The notes below the pieces were generated by a model. The model was not told the DNA's origin. It saw only the letters and a program-made list of their open reading frames with translations, and searched no databases. A stretch of DNA of 64,000 bases from Klebsormidium nitens (lineage: Eukaryota > Plantae > Klebsormidiophyceae), in contig DF237310.1 of the NCBI GenBank assembly GCA_000708835.1, positions 28,965-92,964 of the forward strand, read 5' to 3'. This document shows, piece after piece, positions 48,601-61,702 of the stretch (positions are counted from its first letter, which is position 1; each line of letters opens with the position of its first letter). The position numbers and the translations under genes are program-made.

Positions 48601-51600
48601 AAGGAACACTCGATGCGGCCGATTGCGAGCCTTTGACGCTGTTAACAATGGGATCGACTACGCATCGCTCGACAGTATACCGCTTGAAAGTTGGAGTCGC
48701 TGACCTTGATCCCCTTCGAGAAAATGTTGGAGTTGAAGCAGACGTGGTAGTCCGACACATACATGCGGCCGTGGTACAGAAAGCTGCGCTCCATTGCGCA
48801 CGAGAAGGTGTGCATCGCGATCTGCAACGGATTCGTGGGGTTCGAGAGGATGGAAGAGTATGGGAGATATGAGATACCACTCTAGTAATTCCCATTTCGG
48901 TCAATAGCCATTTCACTTGAGATAGGCGCCCGGGAGACGGGTAGGGTTGGTCTGGTAGTTATGGATGCGGGTGCGGAGCTTGGTGATTCTGTTGGTTGTG
49001 GTTTGTACTTTGTTTGCCCGGGTAGCTCAGATCTTGAGTGGATTGGCTCTTCGGTGTTATTGGAGTTACCAATATTGAGACGCCTTTTGGAAAGCTTTCA
49101 AGTTACGAGCATTTGAGGATAACGATCGTTCTTAGGCTTATGCCGCCGTCAATCTGCCCCACTGCGCTTGAAAAGATCGGACGCGCGATCTGCCGAGAAG
49201 TGGCTTTTGAGAGAGCCGAATCCAGGATTGGAGAATTGTTGATCTGGGGGGGGAACAAGGTGAGAAGGATTTTGTCGAGAGGCAACGCAATCCACTTCAA
49301 GGCGCGACACGTTCTTTATCCGAAGGCTTGATAAACAGCAAGTTTGGAAAGAGTCTCGCTCGACGCAATCGTGATATTCCATGGTGCAGGAGAGCGTTTG
49401 ATGCACAATCTACGGGTCAATTCTGAGAATGAGTGTCAACCTTGTAGGCGGCAGATCGACCAAATCATCCACGGCAGGTCATTCACGAACATGCCACCTC
49501 GTTGAGGAGCAGCTGGAAGAAGGTCCGCAAATATAAGAGGGGCAAGACTTTCACACTCATCGCTGCAAGTCACACAGGACAGTCTCACCTCGTCGGGGGG
49601 CAGCTTCTGGAAAAATAGAGCCGAACAAAATTTTCAGACTCATCAACCAGGGATATTTCACCTCGTCAGGCGGCAGCTTGAAGATGGTCTGCAGCGGCCC
49701 CGGCTTCTGGCGCACCATGGTGCCCTCCCGCTGCAGCGCCGGCGTGGCGTCGGACATGCGCCGCCGCCGCTGGTACATCGTCAGCCCCGTCACCGCCGAG
49801 TCCTTCCTGCAGGGCATAAGAACCCCGTATTTCAGAGCCTTGCACGATGCACTGCCGCATCATGCAAATGTACTTCCTGAGGCTGGAAACGTTGCAATGT
49901 TCCCGGATTTGTGTATTTGCAGATGTGCTCCTCTCTGTACACATATCGCGGCTCCGTTTTTGAAGTAATGCTTTGTTTGATTATCTGAGTCAGGTCAGCT
50001 TGGTAACGCTGGATCCCGGTGTAGAATAAAGGCTCGCTGAAGGGTCCATAAGCGCCGTTGCCTCGGAACGGATACGTTCCAGGTCCGTAGGCCTGCTATC
50101 CGCAATCAGGACGGACACCATAATGAAGAAAGCGAACCTGGAATCTGCTCATTTCATGACATGCTTTTTCAAAGCTGCTTCCTTAGCGAAACTTCGCACT
50201 TGAGACAGATCAACGAGCGGCCCAAAAGGATCTGAAGACTCAGTCGACTCGGTCTCAAACCCGTTCGACTTGGCCTTGAGACTCAGCCGTGTCAAAATAA
50301 GCCCTTTCTCAAAGTCATCATTACGCACTTACTTCGTACTGTTCAGATAGTCGAACGTCGGAAAGCTCACCCTGTGAATGTGACGTGATGTGACGACGTC
50401 GTCACCTGCAGCTGCACCTGCGGAATATCGAACAGACTCCATTTCAGACAACCTGCCCAACGCATCTAAGAGACTTGCAAATCTTCAGACTGCCGACACG
50501 ACTTCCAAAGCGGTCCACCATACTCACAGCGGTTATGCCTTGCACAAGTGTAGACAATCGCCGGGACTGAAGAGCCCAGCCGCGAACCACTGGATGCCGC
50601 CGGATGAAGGAAACGGGACAGAAAACTCAGGGGGTCAACAGTGGTCACAGGCGTCGAGCACAACATTTCACCTTTAGTGCGGGTGTTCCTTGTGAATCAC
50701 TTTGCCTGAGCCTTTCTCGAAAAATCAAAGGTATCAAAATCCACCAGTAAGCGGATAGTCAGTAGGTACGTACCTGGCCCTGCCCTTTGTCCAGTGGGTA
50801 CCAGTCGGGCTCATCTTCCCCCTCTCCGTCGATCATGATCGTGGTCTCGCCCAAACCCCTACTCCGCCATAAGATGTCCCAGTCGTACAAGCAGATTGTC
50901 AACTGCAGAGGTGAGCTTAAGGTAAGGTCAACGTTAATTTCGGCGTTGACAGGCCCGGAATAAAGTACTGGGCTCCCCTCTCCCGCAGCTCTCGAACTAG
51001 GGCCAGTCTGCACGTGCTCACTTATCCGTCTTCGTCCACCAATCTTCCTTCTTGGTAGGAATAGAAGCGTTCTCACCCTTTCGACAAATGAAGATTTAGG
51101 TTTCACTCGAGAGCGAGACCTGCGCGGGCTTAGATGCCACTTGGCACAAAGTACGACAGGCCTGTTAAACTTTAAATGGGCGTAGGGACCTGACCAACGG
51201 CTCTGCTGAGAACCAGTGGCGTTGCTCTTTTGACTGATGACGATCTGGGACGGGACTGGCGGTACAAGATCCAGACAAAGTGAGCCGTCCGATCGAAACT
51301 GCAAGCGCGCTTCTACACCCACTTTCAGTGAAATTATATTGTGAAGCCTTGTTTACAGAATGCAGAAAAGAAAGGTTACACCCCCACCTCTGCAGGCAGA
51401 TCGTCGAGCAGAAACTCAAAGGTCTCCCCCCACAGGGGGTTCCTTGTGCTTGGGACCACCGAACTGCACAACACAGGAGCTCAATTGAAGTTGGCAGTCA
51501 TCCTTTCAAACTTTGTTCGAATCCGCAACGGTCCAGGTACGTAGATATATGCTTCAGGTATTCCATTTTCGACGATTTTCCCAACCTGAGCCCTGACATA

Positions 51601-53112
51601 CCTTAATGACTCTAGATCTTGGACACTGACTTTGTCCTTTGCCCGTTTCATTCTTACTGGACTCGCATGCTTTTACAGTCTATCATTCGCTCCTCTTCCT
51701 GCCCGTTGGTTTATCAGCAAACCCACCCTGCGATCATGATGCAGACAAATTCTCATGTCACCTTCGTGCCGGGCACCAGCCAGGTAATTGGCGGCTGAGG
51801 GAGACTCACCTAAATCGTTTCTGGTCCCGACAGCTCAGCAGGGCATATGGATCTGATGTGCCATTCATGTTGGCAGCGACAAGATTTCTCGCAGCCTTGA
51901 GCTCCACCTGCAATGACATGGGGAAGAGTCATTGACTCGTGGATAAGGTTTGGCGCCATAAGCGGGGGGACAGACTAGTACGAGTGCAAGAGAGGGAGGC
52001 AGGTAGCCTCCTGGCATATGATTATGATTGTCATGGAAAGCTGCATTGTGACATGGGTCCAGTCATGGTGCAATTATGGACGTTGGACTCTCACTTTCTT
52101 ACTCAAAGAATTTGACAAGGTATGGCAGGTTGAGGGGAAGGATCTGGCAGCTTTTCTTGTTATCATTCAACCATCAAAACGATTGATTGCTCCTGAACAA
52201 AAGCCTGGATTGATGAGCGACCAAATAGATCCAACCTCTGCATTGGCGTTAGCCAGCTGCTCAATTGCAAGGGGCAGAGCAGTGCTGACCTTGATTGTGT
52301 AGATACGTGTTCGCCCTTTGCCGTTTGCATCTGCCAATGCATCACCCTGCAAGACAGAGCCTCCTCTTTATGTGGTGGACTTGGCACTAATAGGTGTCAG
52401 AGCCCTGTTCAAGTTGCTTGGAACCCAGACTGAGCAGACCCAACATCACAAAGTTGATTTTATACATGCTCCTTGGTGGACAATTGGGGGCATGTTCTCT
52501 ATGATGTCCGTCAGATGCGCAGAGAGAACATCCACTGGCACTGTACATAAAGCTCAGCCCCAGTAGCCTGGCTGCAATGGGACAATCTGAAAGATCTTCC
52601 ACAGTCAATTCGTGAAGTGAGCCTGTGATAGAGTCTTCTTGACTAGTGACAAAATGTAGGTGCAACTTGACAGGAACAGCCCTCTGCTCATGTGGATTCT
52701 TCCATCCCGTGTTTTTGTTGCATCCTTGATCTTTGGGGTACCAAAGGCCGTGAACAGAATCATACCCTGGGGGAGGTTTGGAATACTGCAACGAGTGTGC
52801 CCTCACCTCAGCAGATGACATCTTGTCTGTCGTCTCTCGCCTTTTAGTGGCACTTGGACCAACCCGCAGGTTAGCCTCAAGCTGGCTCCTGACCTCAGGC
52901 AGCTTCGTCAACCGGTCCTCAACATTAAACCCCGCAAAGATTCTGAGAAGGTTATAGAACAAGATAACTGCGCACGCAGCTGCGAACGAGAACCACAACT
53001 CCCGCGAAGATGGCACGACAGTGGCCTGAAAGGCCTCGAGAATGGAGCCGCTGCTGTACGCTTGGGGAGCAAGGATAGCAGCCAAACCCGCTGGCTTGCT
53101 CCCCATCATCAT
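42613..53112 (-). CDS. C2-GRAM-VASt protein (BAG-associated GRAM protein 1-like), 15 exons: 53112-52894, 52346-52290, 51907-51810, 51463-51388, 50902-50774, 50417-50371, 49806-49662, 48821-48705, 48253-48124, 46942-46662, 46177-46070, 45149-45003, 43971-43918, 43438-43313, 42840-42613
   Basis: N-terminal TM; C2 ([37 protein letters not shown]); GRAM ([69 protein letters not shown]); VASt ([34 protein letters not shown]). All phases are consistent. Confidence 0.95.
43537..43606. repeat. Two tandem copies of a 33-bp unit (intronic)
   Basis: GACTCTCTCTTGGTCTCAAGCTTTT(C/T)T(C/T)CCTTT-type unit present twice. Confidence 0.85.
47880..48110. repeat. Degenerate AACCAGG/GGTTAA-rich intronic repeat, possibly related to the 1-700 repeat
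   Basis: AACCAGGCTG-like motif occurs three times at 47885-47936; TTAACCAG and GGTTAAGGGTCAGAA resemble the reverse complement of the 1-700 unit. Confidence 0.4.
48339..48385. repeat. Two tandem copies of a 23-bp unit (intronic)
   Basis: GCAACCC(C/G)AATCTGAGGTGGCA present twice. Confidence 0.8.
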
Positions 53113-53548
53113 GGGAAGCTTTGAACCAGACCGCCCTCGAGCTGGCCTTCCTCAACTCTGATTAATGAGTTGCTAACTTAGTTTCTTTTGCTGCGAATTT
53201 CTAGAAGGTGACGGTGGAGGCATGCTTTTTCAGGCGCCATGCATGCAACTTCCCCAACTGGCCCTGGATTCCTAAAGTGGAAAGATGGTCGCATGAGGGG
53301 TCTAGGCAATCCCCCAACTCTTCACAGAATGCGAGTCCGCGCGATCAGAGGCTCTCTAGCGCAAGTAGGCGCTGGTGCGGTCAGGGCTGGTAGGAAAGTT
53401 ACTGCGCGTGGCCCAAAAGGACAATGCGAGGCGCGCGCAAATTTTCAGCGTGAACAAAGTTGGAGGAAGAACCCAGCCCACAAGGGCCAAGTGCTGGCAG
53501 TGGAGACACAGATGGAGTGTTGAGGAGAGGGTAAACAGGCGCAAGGTC

Positions 53549-56500
53549 ATGGCGCTGGGAGCAGGCCAACGGGCCGCAGGGTTGCTGACGTTGCTTTGGT
53601 TGGCATCCTGGGGTACAGGATCCCTTGGTGCAGGTAAGTGATGGTATTTGTCTGTCTGGCATTGCTTGGTCGTTGCCGAAAACGCATTCTGTTCCAAGAA
53701 TCTTTTACTTGCTGTGTACTCAATGAAATTGACTGCTTCCTAAATCTCGTTTACATTTACTTGAACGGGTCTGTCTTTCTGAGAACGGCAGGTGTTCCCA
53801 TATCTGGAGTACGCAAATTAGGGTTTGGGTATGCAAGATCCTAATATGAAGAAAGCCGCTGGTTTGCTATTGGAAAGATGCAAGAATACATGTGATACAC
53901 GCCTTCTGAACTTTGCCTTTCAATCAACTCAAGGCTGAGAAGTTTGGCCTGCTTTGATTGCCCTCGAGCCGTTTCACGAAGTTGCCACTTCCACAGACCG
54001 CTCCAGATTTATTGCTTTTGGCCCATCTTTTTTGTCTGTCTGCTTTATAGTCCTAACCGGCAACGTCTTTTTATCTGTAGCAGGGACCCCGGCCACTTTC
54101 CGTGTTGCATACAATGCGGAGGTAGACATTCCGGCAGCATCTTGCAAAGGTAAGTGCTGCTGACCTGTGGGGCAACATGATCATGAACGCGATTCAAATG
54201 TTCCTTTCTACACCTTGTCCTTGACAACTTATCAGCCTGGTTGATCCACTATCCATTTCTCCATCATTGTGCAGCAACAGAAACTCTTGTCCAGTGAGGG
54301 CCTCGGATGCTTACTTATTTGCGGAATAATGCATTTCAACGAAGTTGTTGTCCTGTCTGCTTGCCTAGCACTCATTGAACCTGGCTGGAAGTGGTGCAAC
54401 CATGTTATGCTTCGAATACAAAGAGAACATTGGCACTGCCTCCGCCAAACCCCAGGCATGGCCCTTTGCAATCTACAAATCCCAATCTTTTCGAAAGCTT
54501 GGGTTCTGAAAGGGCCAGCACCCTTCTCCGCAGCACACTTTGTGGAAGGATGGACGTTCCCCTACACCACAGGGGGCCAAACTTGGAGAGACATGGGGGT
54601 AAGATCCCTTTTATGTTTTGCTTCATGTTTCAAGAGGCTGCCACAGCTTTCCCTGACTATAAGATCTGGAACTTCAGGGCTTCTAAGAAAGTAGGGCACT
54701 CAAGATGGAGATTCAAAGACACTTGCAAAGTCCGTCACTGGGAACACAGTATTTAAAACATTGCTCAGAAGCAGCAGGCTCGTCAGCTTTGACTGCATGT
54801 GATGTTGAAACGTCAAGTCGAAAGCCTGCAGGTTGATCAGTTGAGCTAGGATCAGGATCTTGTTGCCTTATGCATGACGAGCTGAGAGCCATTTGTTCTC
54901 TTGATCGCACCAAGATTTAGAAAGTCTTCTTTTGAATTCAGCTTGATGGAGACCAGCGCGTGAGCAACGTGTACGTGACAGCTTCGCCAGGCTACAACAC
55001 AAAGTATCAGTATGTGAGTTTTACAAGTCACAACCGGGCAAGCAGTTCTGAGAGCGGTCTTGTCAAATTATACTCAACCTGGTAATTGCGAAGTTTGGGA
55101 CGGTTTGGGGATCGCATGTGCCTCTCGCTGTCAACAACGCCCTTCCTGGAAGGCTCTGGATATTCAAAACAAGAGACATGAGGTTTCATTGCCCTTCTCA
55201 AGTCGATTCTGAAGAATCTCATACCACTGTTTGTACGGGCCTTGTACAATATACCAGCCTTGGTAATGAAGTTGTGCCGCAGCAACCTTGCTTCTTTAAG
55301 ACTGGTAGAACTTGTCAAAATGCAGCGTCTGCTGAAGCTCTTCGGCTGGAAGCATTGCGGCTGCTACCTGCATCGTTCGAGCTTGTCACCTTCTTTTGCA
55401 GGGTTGGAACAATGGAGCCTGGCGCATCTCATGGTACACCTCTACTTCGTCCCTATCTTACACCGTGTCGTACGATAAGGTAACTCCTTCATCTTTCTTA
55501 ATTCGCGCCGCCCGGACAAAAGAATGACAGTCACCTTGATGTCGGAGGCTATTGCAGTCTGTTCCGGCTTCCTTGGCTGATTGTATCAATGCGAGCTGCC
55601 GGTTGCTGGGCTTGCTGTAATGATTCTATGTTGTGACTAGTCAGAAATAATTGCAGAATCCTTGCTCCTCAATGGTGGTGGCTTTGCTTATGAGACACTT
55701 GACGTTCAAAGGTGACGGTCGACTTCGTATGTTATCCTGTAAACTGCTTGAAGCGACAACATCTTGAAAGGCGTATGCTTTTTATTTTCCAGGACAACGC
55801 GATTCGCCAATGTGGCGGCAATGCAACGACCGGTGTTCCAGGCACCTACACCGCCCGCTTCGCCACTGGGAAATGGTCGCAGCAGATGAATGTAAGGCTG
55901 CGCTAATCTTTTGCAGAAGTCCCTGTTGAAGGCCAGACTCGCTTATCAGATGGTTCCAGCTACTTGGAGTGCTTAATTTAGACCAGGTCTGAAGTGCTGC
56001 CTGTCAATGTTTGTCTTGTCTATCTTCCTCCTTAGGAATGCAGTCTTGCAAGGATAAGCTTCATGTCGAGAGAAACACACTTTTAGCAGCGAGACCTCCG
56101 CGGTTGCAGCTGCCACTAGCCGACTCCCCAGTGGGTCGTCGCAATATGATGCGTAGGTGGAGGTTACTTGATAGTCTTGTAGCTTCTCCCGGATTACCCT
56201 TTGCGCTGCGAAGTGGATGTCAAGGCGTTGCAGGCCGACAGCCTTTTTGAAGCGCCACGTCTCCTTCATACTCCGCTGCATTTGAGCAGCAACTACGACT
56301 CCAAGAAACCTGCGACTCCGCAGCATCTTCGAAAAGCCGCCCTGTTCTGGCGCCAAAGGTACGAGACGGGCTGTACCTCGATTTGATGGACCGGTTCCTT
56401 AGGCATTGACTGAGTCTTGCTTTTTCTGTTGCAGGCCCTAATAGTTACCTTCAAGCTGGGCTTCGTCCCTTCAACGAGGCCGACTCTAGCCGTGGAGGTT

Positions 56501-59500
56501 AACGGTCTAACCCGGCCTCTTAACCCGCAACTCTCCGGGGACGGCTCAACGGTCACGGCCACCCTTAATGGGCCCCTCTTCTCGAACCAAAACGCCGTCT
56601 TCACGTAAGTAGGGGCCAGTTGCTGCTCAGTGTGTTGCGCAACATGGTTTAAATACTTGGTGGAAGCACTTACGGTGTCAGAGCGCTTCTGAAATTTAAG
56701 AGCACTTGTGTAGTTGCGAAGCACCCGTGAGTTCGTAAAGGTCGGCTGCGGTATGGTGGGATGCTTGAGTCGAACGCTGGCTCTGTGTTGCAGTTTATCA
56801 TTCCGCTAAGCAACGGCTTTAAGGCACACCTGCTTATGATGTGCATGTTCACTGGATCGTGTTCAGTATTTCGACACTGATCTCCACCATCTTTCCTTCT
56901 TTGCAGTCTCACGTACGACTACGGGTCGAGGTGAGTCCCTGAGGCAATGTCGCTTGTCCTTATGTTCAGAGAGGTCCAAGACTAGGATGGTCGACACAAT
57001 CCTTAACGTTGGTGACTGTGACTCAATGATGCTCGGACCAAGATTTGTACTTTTGAAAAACTACTTTCTGATCTATCTTCGCTCTCTTGAACTCGAACTT
57101 TTTTACCGGCGTTTGATCTCTTCAATATCGACCGCAGATAAGTCAATATTTGCCTGCTGAAGGTTTCAGCAATTTATATCAAGCGGTTTCGAGTCGATTT
57201 AGAAACTTTCAGCAGTCTACCGAACTCCGAGAACTCTCCTAAAATATCATTCGGCGTCGAAGCTGACGGAATCAAACGCTGGGACGGTACCGGATCTTTT
57301 TGAGAAAAATGGTCACTTGCGCAAGGATAAAGAGAGAGCGCTCCTTCCCTCTTACCTTGGCTGCTCCTCTGCTTGAACCCAAACTTGACTGCATGGGACG
57401 CCCTAGCAGATGGTCCTACGCCATCTTTGCAACCGTCGGGAGTGCCTCTTATTCAGGGATCAACCGGGCCCGATATCCCTTGAATCGGAAGTATAGCGAC
57501 GAGGAGAGTTCAAAGTCAATAGTCTGACAACCTAAGACCCTGAAAGCGCTCCCTTCGTGCTCATGTCACCAGAGGCTCAATCCCAAAGACTTTTTCATTT
57601 CCTCGAAACCTAGGGAACTTCGAGTTCCTTTAGAAACATCGAAGTCTCCTGCAAATCTCTTCTGTCTGTAATTTTCAGAGCAGATAATGGAAGAGCCAAA
57701 AAAACTGGATGTTGCAGGTCCTGAATCGTGAGACTCTAAACGTTTTTCGAACGCCCCTCCGTGCAGCCCCCGGCCAACTTGTAGCTGCTCCTCGGCGTCT
57801 AGCACGTCTAGCGGAAAGGGCGGCGTACTTGGCGGCATCATCGCCGGAGCGGTCTTTCTAATCATCCTCGTGTCCTGTGGCATCGGCTGCCTTGGCTTGT
57901 GAGTTGGCACCGTACTGCTCATTTCTGAGATTTGATTCTCGTGAGAGAGCCGTGCGTTTGCGCTAGGCTCTAGTACGGGGCTGGATGTCCTTTCTGATCC
58001 GCTGACACGAGGCTTGTAAGGATCAGAGGCGATCGTTTCCTTGGAAACTGCCTACTTTGTTGGCTGCTTACTTACAAACTGTTACGGTAGTCGTGACGTT
58101 GTGCCAGGAGTGAAGTCCTTTCTCGAAGCGTCTAATTGCTCGGAAATGGCAGTTGTTGGAATGGTTGCAACTTCGCTGGATCCGAGTTGACTAGCTTCCA
58201 AGTAGATTGCCACCTTGCTTTCGATACCGACCCACTTGTTTACAGAGCCATGAAGTTGTACAAGCGGAGCCGAAACCTGTGTCGTTGTAATCGAAGTGGC
58301 ATCTTCATTCATGAGTCTCACTTCTTCGACTCCTTTAAGTTTGTCTTTGATGATCTGGTTTGAACGGTCTCCGCACACTAGCTACTCGTCTGCCGCACTT
58401 CTGACGTCATTACTCTCGTCCTGCTTGTGTCAGGTGCATGTCCACCAAGACCACGTGTCCCTGCTCGCGCTGCAACGGACGGGGCTACCTGGGCGCGGGA
58501 GGGGTCCTGATGCCTCCTGCACCGAACGGGATGTAAGCCCTAACCTGCTGCCCAATATCCCCAACACTTTCTTGGACTGCTTAATGGCCCAACCACTTTT
58601 TGATTGTGCGCGGCATGCAGTGCTGTGGCGGGTCGTAGCGGCTAAAGCCTTTCAGCACCCTCAAGAGGCTTCGGCTTCTTGCCTGTTGAGAGCGGCACCT
58701 TTGTGACGCCTTCTTTCTTGGCGGTAGTTGCGAAAGCTACTCCAAAGCGGTCAAAGATCGCTGTAATAGTCAAAACAGAGTGTAATCATATCGATCCAGT
58801 CAATCCCGGAGGCATGTTAGAGGTTTTCTGTCATCCGAGGGACACTCTTATTCTTGCCGTCAAGCCCCTCCAGGAAGCTTCTGACTGCCTGTTGTCGAGT
58901 TCTATGCAATCGTTGCCGAACTCAACCCTTTGTAGGGGTCTTAGCCTCCAGGTTTAGGGTTCGGCCTCAAACCTTTCCTCTACCTTCTGTGGCGCCTTTT
59001 GCCATCCATATCGCACCCGATGCTCATCTTGCACAAGTTTAAAAGATGGGAGCAATAGCATTCTGCCTCTCATCAGAAATACTGGCCATAGATCCGTATA
59101 TTGTCGAGGACATGCACCAGTTCTGGTTCCCAACCAAACGCCTGAGATCTGCAAATCTATCGTTGCCTCAGGTACCGTGACGTCGCTCCAAGCAGCCCAC
59201 CCCCGCCCCCAGGCTACTACGACCAAGCCCCCGTGACCGGAGTTCCATATCCAGGGATCCCCCAAACCGATGCAAAGGACTTTGCCCCGGGCACTTCCTC
59301 CGGTTACCAGTACCCGCCGCCCCCCCCAGCCGGTTACCCCCAGGCTAACCCGGGTTACAACCCCGGTTACTCGCAAGCACCCCCAGGTTACAACCCCGCT
59401 TACTCGCAGGCACCCCCGGGTTATCCCCAGGTTGGTCCGCCCGGGTACCCTCCTCAACCAATGTACGCCTCGTCCCCTCCGCCGGGTTACCCTGGAGCCG

Positions 59501-60969
59501 GTTACGGGCAGTACCCGCCCCCGCAACAGTTCGCACCTGGGATGACGTGAGTCCGGGCCCACACCTTGCAAGGGCCTCCGCATTGAATTTTTGCTGGTTG
59601 CGTAGACGGTGGGGAGGAAGAAGTGAAGGAGCAGAGCAGGCTGCCTTCTTGCTCACTTTTCTGTATCCAGGTTGTGTGCTGCAGGGCGTTTTGTATCGGA
59701 GAGCTGCAGAGCATTCCTAAGACATTGCCGAGTGCACCTGCCCTCTCATATTCGTCCTCACGATTCAACTTCTGCTTTCTCCTTCCGTTTCCGTCAAGCT
59801 TTCTCGAGCAACAGCTCCATAAAACGACTTTTGCACCAGTGACGTTTTTTGCAGCACGAACCACTCAAAGGGCGTCATTCCAAACAGTCCGCTGTGTCAG
59901 CCTTCTCTCAAACGTCGAATCTTTGCTTTCATCATCGTCATTTGTTTCCTTCGCCTCTGAAGCCGGGAACAGTCCCCGAACACTTTTGACACCAACTTCT
60001 CTGTCTGCAGCATCCCTATGCAGCCCCCTGGTACAACGGTTTGCCCCCAGTGCCAGGGCAAGGGCACCGAGGTCCGCCGCACAGTGCCCACGTGGGCCAA
60101 GGTCTTCGGTGCCATGGGCATCGCGTGCTTCCTGTGAGTAAACGCTTCCTCGTTAGGGCTGGCGTTTTTGAAGAAGAGGAACTTTTGGGCGTTTTATTCC
60201 CCTTTGGAAGGTTATGTGGATTGAACTTGCCAATCTATTTGCCATCAGGCGAAGTGCAGCGTCTCCTTTTGGCGTCCTTTTCAGTCAGTGCTAGATTTGA
60301 TCGTGAGGTTTGTAAGTAGTGCGCCAGCATTCTCATCTGCAGAAAAAGGACGAAATGGAACTCGAAACGCCTTATAAGACAATCGGCTACAATATGGTCA
60401 GTAGGCAGGGAAGCATGAGCTGCGCCACAGTCTGAACATTGAGTGTTAGTCATTGGGAGCAGTACTGAATCTCGGTAAACGCTCCTCGGCCAGCCCCTAG
60501 CGCTCTTCCACTGGCCTCCACGTACGGAGCCACTCTTCCCCGCAGCTCTGCTGTCGGCGTTAGTCTTCTTCCGCTCTGCCGCCTCCAGCGGAATCCGCAG
60601 TGCCGCAGCACCTTGGCATGTTATCGACTTCCCCTTACTTGAGTCCAGCAAGAGCTCAGCTTGTCACCAGTCGCCCACCGACAATAGATCCAAATGTCGT
60701 TTCAGTCATTCCCTCCTCCAATACGAGATTTCGGAAGAAATTATTACGTTGCGTGAAGAACTTGTCAAGTTACATCCAAGTCATGATGCTTTCTGACTTT
60801 CAGGTGCTTCTGCTGCTGCTCCGGCGGTGGATACCACCAGCAGTACGGGTACAACTCGTGGTGGAACGGCGGGGGAGGCGTTGGAGGCAACGGCTGGAGC
60901 AGCGGTGGCGGGGGCAACAGCGGCGGGGGCGGAGGCGGAGGCGGAGATGGCGGGGGCGGTGGAGGTTAA
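53549..60969 (+). CDS. Uncharacterised membrane protein, 512 aa, 13 exons (53549-53633, 54081-54149, 54534-54598, 54942-55013, 55402-55479, 55793-55891, 56435-56604, 56907-56930, 57785-57898, 58434-58532, 59172-59546, 60011-60133, 60804-60969): signal peptide, beta-rich ectodomain, TM, CxxCxGxG, Pro/Tyr-rich insert, CxxCxGxG, Cys-rich hydrophobic segment, Gly-rich tail
   Basis: Every junction is GT-AG and phase-consistent (1539 nt total). Signal peptide MALGAGQRAAGLLTLLWLASWGTGSLGA; TM GGIIAGAVFLIILVSCGIGCLGL; CPCSRCNGRG; PPGY-type repeats; CPQCQGKG; WAKVFGAMGIACFLCFCCC; poly-Gly tail. Confidence 0.75.
59300..59530 (+). repeat. Coding low-complexity Pro-Gly-Tyr repeat (PGYNPGYSQAPPGYNPAYSQAPPGY…)
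   Basis: CC(G/C)GGTTAC-type motif recurs about 8 times; an imperfect ~30-nt unit is duplicated. Confidence 0.8.
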
Positions 60970-61702
60970 CTTTCGGGATACTGGGTTAACCTAACGAGCC
61001 CGCATGCGGCGGCAAGGCCTTCGATTAAGTATTGAGTAACAGGTTTGTAGCTAGGATGTGATTTGCGGTGATCTAGAATTCACGTGAAAGCGTAGATGTG
61101 GTAAGGTATCGAAGGTGGTGTTGGCAACAACTTACCTAGACGGTTGCTTCCTAGCATTATCTCATCTTTGGTCGAGCGTCAGTTTCTCCTTCCTCAATCG
61201 ACTAAGTCACGGATGTGGCCTTACGGTACAGTTATGGTTGCTGGTCACATTATACTTGAGGATTGTTCTCGTTTGGTCGTAGAGACCATGAGCTAGCAGG
61301 ATGCATTGCTGGATACTGGATTTAAGGACATTTTGGCTCTTTCAATCTGGTTTTAAGCTCGGGTGCAGTTCAACATGCAATCCATGGTCGCAATGATGCA
61401 TCTTAACGGTAAATCGCAGACGGGACGTGACGAATGTCCGCCAGGTATATCAATCTGGTTTTATAGCTACAGTCCACACTGCATGTAGGCCGCATGTATT
61501 TGCGCTGGCGGCTGCCCGGATTACTGGGACGTACACGACTCGGTTTTTGCGTCTGCTTGATTGTTGAGCGATTCATGATCGAACTAACCACACTTACTCT
61601 TACTTTGCGTGCTTCTGTGAATCTCCAGGAGTGGTAAGCCGTGCACTGACATGTGAGTCGGGCTGTGAGTCCGTATATCAACGGCCTGTCACACGCGGTC
61701 GC

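Noticed and set aside
53790-53812. Possible extra exon GVPISG in the receptor-like gene
   Set aside because: It would end in phase 0 while the next exon requires phase 1; exon 1 joins 54081 directly in phase.
59233-59550. Stand-alone proline-rich CYSTM-like gene ending at TGA 59548-59550
   Set aside because: The ORF has no ATG start, an acceptor lies at 59171, and the TGA overlaps a GTGAGT donor that splices in phase to 60011.
58954-59583. 209-aa minus-strand ORF with GVVTWGCLRVTG repeats
   Set aside because: Antisense reading of the Pro/Tyr-rich coding repeat on the plus strand.
59897-60651. Minus-strand ORFs 59897-60121 and 60235-60651 as a separate gene
   Set aside because: The plus strand gives a cleaner exon (60011-60133, CPQCQGKG) with correct splice sites and phase.
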